A stretch of DNA of 64,000 bases from the NCBI GenBank assembly GCA_965203465.1, contig CBDBCR010000003.1, positions 544,001 through 608,000 on the forward strand, in the 5' to 3' direction. This DNA comes from Nitrosopumilaceae archaeon. Its GTDB lineage: Archaea; Thermoproteota; Nitrososphaeria; Nitrososphaerales; Nitrosopumilaceae. Every line of letters starts with the position of its first letter. Position 1 is the stretch's first letter. The position numbers and the translations under genes were made by a program. The notes under the pieces are model-generated. The model saw only the letters and a list, made by a program, of their open reading frames with translations, did not search any database and was not told the origin of the DNA. Below, in pieces: positions 58,176-64,000 of the stretch.

Positions 58176-61100
58176 CTACGGCGTCATCGCCTCGAGCGCC
58201 TCTTGGGCGGCGAGCACCTGCGCGTGCAGGTAGTCGCGGAACTGCGGATCGGAGCGGTCGTAGCCCTGCTTCGGTACCCCGTCGTACACGTACATCGATT
58301 CGTCTATTTCGTGGTAGAGACGCGACTGGTTGGAGAGCGGCACATAGTCCCCGTCGGGCGACATTTTGAACAGGTGGCCCTGTTCGTCCATCATGACGTC
58401 GGTGCTCGCAGAGCCCGCCGAAATGGGATACAGCACCATCCCGTTCACCCGTATTCCGGGCTGCGGGTCGAGCGGCTCGCCCGATACGCGTATGCCGTGG
58501 TTGTAGTAGTTCTGCCAAGAGTTGCGCTCCCTGTCCCACACGTCGGTGCCCACGATGTCGAATTCGAGCGGCGCGCGGAACGTGTGGTTTATCGTAACCG
58601 AGAGGCACTCCAGCTCCGAGCCCGCCGAGCACTGCACCGTCTCGTGCCCGGCCGACAGCGCATCCAAGTCGATGGCGCCGTCCGGATCTATTACCGATAC
58701 CGAGCCGGTCCCGTCGAAGGCAATGTCGTAGTTTATGACCGCCTTGCTTTCGGATATCACCTCGCCGGAGCGCAGGCCGAAGGCCACGGACACGTGCTCT
58801 ACGTTGCCGGGCCCCTCGTTTTCGTATATCTTCAGGGACACCGTGTTTTGCCTCGCCACCTCGGATTCTATCAGGGGGTACGGGGTGAAAAAGTACTCTA
58901 CGTCAGAGGACAGGCCGTTGTAGGAGAACCCTTCGTCGACCAGCCTCGCCCCGTACGAATCCAGCCCGAGCGTGGGCGGCGTGCAGTCGTCGCATTCCGA
59001 GCCGCCCGACTGCGGGTACGAGACGCCGAAGACCGAAAAGTGCAGCGTCCAGACCGAATTTTCAGAGACGCACGCGAGCGGATCGTACGTCTCGGCCGGC
59101 CAGCTCTCCGGCGCGTCCTGCTCGAGCGGCAGCTCTCCTCCGTATCCCTCGGCGCACGCAGGTATCGGCAGCACGGCGCCCGCCGCGTCGACCGAAAAGA
59201 CCAGCCCCGAGAGCGGTATGTCGAACTCCATGCGGACCGGCTTGCTGAACGCAATGTCGGCTACCGGGCTCCCTATCAGGACCGCCGTGGCCGGGTTGCG
59301 CAGGGCGGGGTACGCCTCGAGCGCCGGCGAGCCGGCGGGCACCTCGTATTCGGAGGGGGCCACGATGAGCGCGGCCTCTAGGCTCACGTCGGCAACAGTG
59401 AGCCCCGCCAGGCCGCCCACCTGCGTGTCTTCCTGGAAGAACACGTCTGGCAGGCCCGGCTCTTGCGTGATTATGCTCAGCGGGTTTGCGAACGCCGCGG
59501 TCCGGCCGCCGGCGAACGAGACGCGCGGATCCGTGATGCTCGCAGAGGACAGCTCGAGGGCCGGCTCGATGCCGGCCGGCACCGAGACTGTGCGCAGGGT
59601 GGTCCCCTTTGCGACGGGCAGCACGCCGGTCGGGCCCGGCGAGGCGGAATCCAAAGATGGGCCCACCCCCACCTGGCCGCCGGCTGCCGCGTTGCCGGCC
59701 AGATCCCGCACGGCCAGGCCGCGCAGCACAGCCGAGGCGGGCACCGTCCCGTCCCCGTCCCAAGATATCAGTATCGTCTCGCTGCCCGAAGCCGCCACCG
59801 ATGCCGAATACGTGCCAGAGCTGGTCGCCACCGATGCGCCGGAGACGTCGGCCGCCACCCGCTCAGAGTACCTTATCGTGGTCGAATCCTCCCCGCTTGC
59901 CGACGCCGAGACGACCGACGGGGGCGTGTTGTCCACCGATACGTTGGCGCCGGTCAGCTCGGCGGGGCCGGCGGTAAAGGGGATCCCGAACTCGTCTGTC
60001 ACGCGTATGGCAAACTGCAGCGGCCCGTCGGCCGCGCCGGCCGGGACTGCCAGGGACGCGGACAGCCCAAGGCCGCCGGCGTCCACCGAGGCGGACTCGG
60101 ACGCGCTCGATATCTGGACCGACGCCTGCGCGATGCGCGCGCCCGACGGGGCGGCCTCGAGGCGCAGCGTGACCGTGTCGCCGGCGCGTACCAGGCCGCG
60201 CTCCGTATCGTCCGAATTGAACGCGTTGCGCGCCGCGTTGTTGCTAGAGACCGTCAGTTCCCGCACGGCCACGCGGACGACCTCGTACTCTGCGGTCAGA
60301 GTCGTGGGCTCGAGCGCGTTGCCGAACCTGTCCTCTATGCCGGAGCCGGCCGAGACCTGCACGCGGCTCCCCTCGGCGAATGTCCCCGTTATGGTGATGC
60401 TGACCGTGGTGCCGTCGGCGGCCAGCGAGACCGAGCTTATCTGGTATCCAGACACCTCAAAGTCCGAAGCCTGCGGGGCCGCGAGTATGTCGTCAAAGAC
60501 GGCCCGCACTACCGAATCTGATATGACGGTGGCAGAGACGAACGCCGGCGCGGTGTCGTCGGTCACGCTCAGGGCCACCGTGGAGGCGCGGGCCGCGATG
60601 CCCGACGTGTCCGATATGCCCGAATTGTTCCCGATGCTGACGCGCACGCCGGCGCCCCCCGCGATTCGGATCTCTGAAAGGCTCAGATCGTACGACACGC
60701 GGGTGCGATCCCCGAGGAGCTGCGGCGTCGTATCCGCAAGGGCCGTCTCGGTTCCTCCCGAGACGAGGCTGACAGAGCCGGACGCGGCGGCCCGCACGTG
60801 CTCGTCGAATTCCAGTATCAGCACGCGCTGCGTCGCGTTGGCAAACGCCATGGTCAGCTCGGGGGGCACCAGATCCGAAGAGTCGTCGATCTCGGCGCCG
60901 GCCGTCTGCGCGACCGGCCTGTCCGACAGATCCCTCACGGCGCCCGCGTCGAGTGCCACGTGCGGCCTCGCGTATCCGATGGCCGCCTGCCGGAGGGCCT
61001 CGGTCAGCCTTACCGTGACTTGCGCGTCCGTATCGGTCGACGAGGCCACCGACGAGCCGGTCAGCGGCTCGCCGCCGGTCCCCGAGCCGTCGCGTATGCG

Positions 61101-64000
61101 GATCTTTGCCAGGTCTACGCCGGCGCCGTCCCGTACCGATTCGTTGAACGTGAGCGTCAATATGCCGGTGCCCTCGTCGAGATCGGGCCCGTCCGCGCCG
61201 CTCGCCACGAGGGCCGGGGCCGTCGTGTCCAGCGTCTGGCCGATGTCGGTGCCTGCCGCGTTTGCCGCGATTCCGTTCAGGGCGAGATCTTCGATCGCGC
61301 CGGCCGCGATGTACAGGTGCGGATCGTTCAGCAGTATGGCGCCGCGCCTGCTGGCCTCGGACAGCTCGAATACGAACGTCGTGCCGTCGGACTGGCCCGC
61401 CCGCATCTCGCCGTCGGACAGCGTGACCTCGCCCGAGGAACCGTCTTGAGAGTTTGCGCCCTCGCGCAGCTCAAAGCCGGTGCCGCTGCCCGCTCTCGAT
61501 ACGTCGATAGTCTCGTCGAACGTTATGGTCAGCACGCCGGTCTCTTCGTCGAGGGCCGCCGACGAGACCGCGGGCGGCGTGGTGTCGGTGACCTTTCTTA
61601 TCTCCGTGCTCGTCGTGGACGCAGCGATGTCCTGGTCGGACAGGTCCTTTACGGCGCCGGCGGCAAAGAGCAGGTGGGGCGCGGCATATCCGACGACTGC
61701 CTGGCTGAGCGTCGAGTGCAACGTTATGGTTATTTCGGCGTCGGTATCTGCCGTGGACGTCACCGTGGAGGTGGCCGTAGAGACGGACAGCGCGGTGCCG
61801 TCTGCCGTGGCGGTGAACGAGCCGTCGGCCACGAAGATCTTTTCCAGGTCGACGTTGGCCGGGCCGTCCTTTACCGATTCGCTGAACACGACGGTCAGCA
61901 CGCCGGTCGGCACGTGGAAGACCGGCTGCGTGGACGCGCTGATCGCCGGCGCCGTAGTGTCGGCCGTGTCGGTTATCTCGGTGCTGGCACTGAACGCCAC
62001 GATGGCCACGTCCGACAGGTCCGTCACGGCGCCCGAATCTAGCAGCAGGTGCGGCGTCGTATATCCGATGGCGGTCTTGCGCAGCGCCTCGGTGAGCTTT
62101 ACGGTGACTTGTGCGTCCGTATCGGCGGTGGACGTCACGGCAGATCCGGTCAGGGGGGTGCCGCCGGTCCCCGAGCCGTCGCGTATGCGGATCTTGGACG
62201 CGTCGGCAGAGCCGTCCTTTACGGATTCGTCAAAGTTGAGAGTCAATACGCCGGTCGCCTCGTCGAGGGCCGGCGCGGGCGCGGCCAGCGCCGGGGCGAC
62301 GGTGTCGGCCGCGTCGTTTATCTCTGTGCTGACGGCCGACGCCGCGATGTCCTGATCCGACAGGTCCTTGACGGCTCCCGAGTCGAGGCGCAGGTGCGGC
62401 GTGGCGTATCCGATGATTTCCTTGCGCAGCGCCTCGGTGAGCCGCACGGTTACGACCGCGTCCGTATCGACCGAGGAGGTCACCGAAGAGCCGGTCAGCG
62501 CGGTGCCGCCCGTGTTGAACGGGTCGTTGTCGACAAAGATCTTGGCCAAGTCTGCTTGGCCGTCCTTTACCGATTCGTCGAACGTCATGGTCAGTACGCC
62601 CGTCTCCTCGTCCAGCGAGGGCCTGTTGGGCCCGGTCGCCACGAGCGCGGGGGCCGTCGTGTCGGCCGTGTCGTCGATCTCGGCAGCTGCGGTCGATGCC
62701 GCGGCGTTCTGGTCGGACAGGTCCTTGACGGCGCCCGAGGTAAAGTACACGTACGGCGTCGCGTGTCCGATGGCCGCCTTCCTGGCCGCCTCGCGCAGTT
62801 TTATCGTTATTTCAGAGTCGGTATCGGCCGTGGATGTTACCTCGGAGGCGTCCCCCGAGACGCTCAAAGCCGTTCCGCCGCTGGCGGTCGCGCTGCCCGT
62901 AATGAAGATCTTTTCCAGGTCGACGTCCGATCCCTCCTTTACGGACTCGCTGAACGTCAGGGTCAGTATTCCGGTGCCCTCGTCGAGCGCGGGCTCGCTG
63001 CCCGCGGCGGTCACCAGTGTCGGAGCCGTCGTGTCGGCCGTGACGGTGAACACGTGCGATACCGCCGAGATGTTCCCGCCGGCGCCGCCCGTCACGAGGC
63101 CGGCCGGAACGCGCGCCCACAGCGTCCCCATGGCTATTGCCTTTTTGCGGTCCGGCTCCGAGAGGGTGAACGTCAGCTCGTTCCCCGACACGGTCGCATC
63201 CGAGACTGCCACCCGCACGTGCACGGTCGGATCGTATGTGGCCGAATTGGTCTGCGTGATGTCCATGCTGCCGGTCCCCGCAGAGACGGCGTACGAGAAC
63301 GTTATGGTGACGGCCCCGGTGCCGATGTCGACGGCCGCCGACGATACGACCGGCGCCGTGATCGAAAGGCTCACGTCGTGGGCCGCGTTCGTAAGCCCCG
63401 AGACGGTCGCGGCGTTGGCCTCGGCGTACAGCCTCGGGCTGGTCATGGCCAGCACCCTGGCAAGCTCGGTAGCCGTGATCGTGGCGGTGTGGGTGGCCGC
63501 GGCGGTGCCCGACAGCGTCAGCCGCACGTCTGTCCCCGAGGTGAACCCGTCGGCATCGCCCGCGGAGGCCACGTACACGTTGCCGGGGCTGGTCGCGGGC
63601 GCCGTGACCGATTCGCTGAACGTGGCGCTCAGCATCCTAGTCGCCGGCACCAGCGAGGAAGAGGTGATCCTTGGCGAGAGCACCGCGTCCTGCCCGGCGG
63701 TCAGCGCGTCGTTGGCCGTGCCCCCGGCAGTGACCACCGAGGAGGCAAGGTACACGTGCGGGCTGGCCATCGCGTTGACCTTTGCCAGATCCGCCGAAGA
63801 GAGCGTGAACGTGACCGCCGAGCCGGACGCGGATACCGAATTGGCGCTTGCGGCCACCCGCACGTCCCTCGACGAGCTGTGGGTGGCCGAGCTGCCCTCG
63901 CGTATGTCGATGTTGCCGGTGCTCTTTGTGACGGAATTGTCGAAGGTGAGCGTGACGACACCCGAGCTCCGGTCTATGGTGGAGCTGCTCAGCTCCGGCG
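58176..64000 (-). CDS. Giant repetitive surface protein (over 1940 aa; 5' part outside the window)
   Basis: Frame stays open to the window edge; about 120-aa DTTAP..LDE.TG.LT.TF.ESV repeats; C-terminal CDDCTPPTLG domain. Confidence 0.85.
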   Translation of the reverse strand, partial: PELSSSTIDRSSGVVTLTFDNSVTKSTGNIDIREGSSATHSSSRDVRVAASANSVSASGSAVTFTLSSADLAKVNAMASPHVYLASSVVTAGGTANDALTAGQDAVLSPRITSSSLVPATRMLSATFSESVTAPATSPGNVYVASAGDADGFTSGTDVRLTLSGTAAATHTATITATELARVLAMTSPRLYAEANAATVSGLTNAAHDVSLSITAPVVSSAAVDIGTGAVTITFSYAVSAGTGSMDITQTNSATYDPTVHVRVAVSDATVSGNELTFTLSEPDRKKAIAMGTLWARVPAGLVTGGAGGNISAVSHVFTVTADTTAPTLVTAAGSEPALDEGTGILTLTFSESVKEGSDVDLEKIFITGSATASGGTALSVSGDASEVTSTADTDSEITIKLREAARKAAIGHATPYVYFTSGAVKDLSDQNAAASTAAAEIDDTADTTAPALVATGPNRPSLDEETGVLTMTFDESVKDGQADLAKIFVDNDPFNTGGTALTGSSVTSSVDTDAVVTVRLTEALRKEIIGYATPHLRLDSGAVKDLSDQDIAASAVSTEINDAADTVAPALAAPAPALDEATGVLTLNFDESVKDGSADASKIRIRDGSGTGGTPLTGSAVTSTADTDAQVTVKLTEALRKTAIGYTTPHLLLDSGAVTDLSDVAIVAFSASTEITDTADTTAPAISASTQPVFHVPTGVLTVVFSESVKDGPANVDLEKIFVADGSFTATADGTALSVSTATSTVTSTADTDAEITITLHSTLSQAVVGYAAPHLLFAAGAVKDLSDQDIAASTTSTEIRKVTDTTPPAVSSAALDEETGVLTITFDETIDVSRAGSGTGFELREGANSQDGSSGEVTLSDGEMRAGQSDGTTFVFELSEASRRGAILLNDPHLYIAAGAIEDLALNGIAANAAGTDIGQTLDTTAPALVASGADGPDLDEGTGILTLTFNESVRDGAGVDLAKIRIRDGSGTGGEPLTGSSVASSTDTDAQVTVRLTEALRQAAIGYARPHVALDAGAVRDLSDRPVAQTAGAEIDDSSDLVPPELTMAFANATQRVLILEFDEHVRAAASGSVSLVSGGTETALADTTPQLLGDRTRVSYDLSLSEIRIAGGAGVRVSIGNNSGISDTSGIAARASTVALSVTDDTAPAFVSATVISDSVVRAVFDDILAAPQASDFEVSGYQISSVSLAADGTTVSITITGTFAEGSRVQVSAGSGIEDRFGNALEPTTLTAEYEVVRVAVRELTVSSNNAARNAFNSDDTERGLVRAGDTVTLRLEAAPSGARIAQASVQISSASESASVDAGGLGLSASLAVPAGAADGPLQFAIRVTDEFGIPFTAGPAELTGANVSVDNTPPSVVSASASGEDSTTIRYSERVAADVSGASVATSSGTYSASVAASGSETILISWDGDGTVPASAVLRGLAVRDLAGNAAAGGQVGVGPSLDSASPGPTGVLPVAKGTTLRTVSVPAGIEPALELSSASITDPRVSFAGGRTAAFANPLSIITQEPGLPDVFFQEDTQVGGLAGLTVADVSLEAALIVAPSEYEVPAGSPALEAYPALRNPATAVLIGSPVADIAFSKPVRMEFDIPLSGLVFSVDAAGAVLPIPACAEGYGGELPLEQDAPESWPAETYDPLACVSENSVWTLHFSVFGVSYPQSGGSECDDCTPPTLGLDSYGARLVDEGFSYNGLSSDVEYFFTPYPLIESEVARQNTVSLKIYENEGPGNVEHVSVAFGLRSGEVISESKAVINYDIAFDGTGSVSVIDPDGAIDLDALSAGHETVQCSAGSELECLSVTINHTFRAPLEFDIVGTDVWDRERNSWQNYYNHGIRVSGEPLDPQPGIRVNGMVLYPISAGSASTDVMMDEQGHLFKMSPDGDYVPLSNQSRLYHEIDESMYVYDGVPKQGYDRSDPQFRDYLHAQVLAAQEALEAMTP

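Overview
High-GC archaeal DNA from an ammonia-oxidising Nitrososphaerota (Nitrosopumilaceae-like) chromosome. The assignment rests on the 16S-23S operon with no ITS tRNA and no linked 5S, unsplit rpoB, fused rpoA'/A'', and PEFG-CTERM and CFI-box-CTERM proteins. High GC, giant surface proteins and many restriction systems suggest a sponge-type symbiont (inference). The core backbone is uspA, msrA, rRNA, hemL, multicopper oxidase-ZIP-CDF, a Grs-like radical SAM enzyme, larB-mdh, larC-larE-cysteine desulfurase, four PEFG-CTERM genes, rpoH-rpoB-rpoA-rpl30e-nusA-rps12-rps7 and an intron-containing tRNA-Gln. It is interrupted by five accessory loci: a Fic gene, a methyltransferase + PLD-SNF2 helicase pair, a Type ISP R-M enzyme, an IS66 relic with a decayed RelBE-like pair, and an HNH nuclease beside a 40-bp duplication of the rpoA 3' end. 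Top candidate for an undescribed system: both R-M-like loci have a different perfect 10-bp tandem repeat inside a short upstream ORF, and in both one extra unit would place the upstream stop codon on or against the R-M start codon. This would be a repeat-length switch acting through translational coupling (hypothesis). GC statements are by eye, and start codons were chosen manually.
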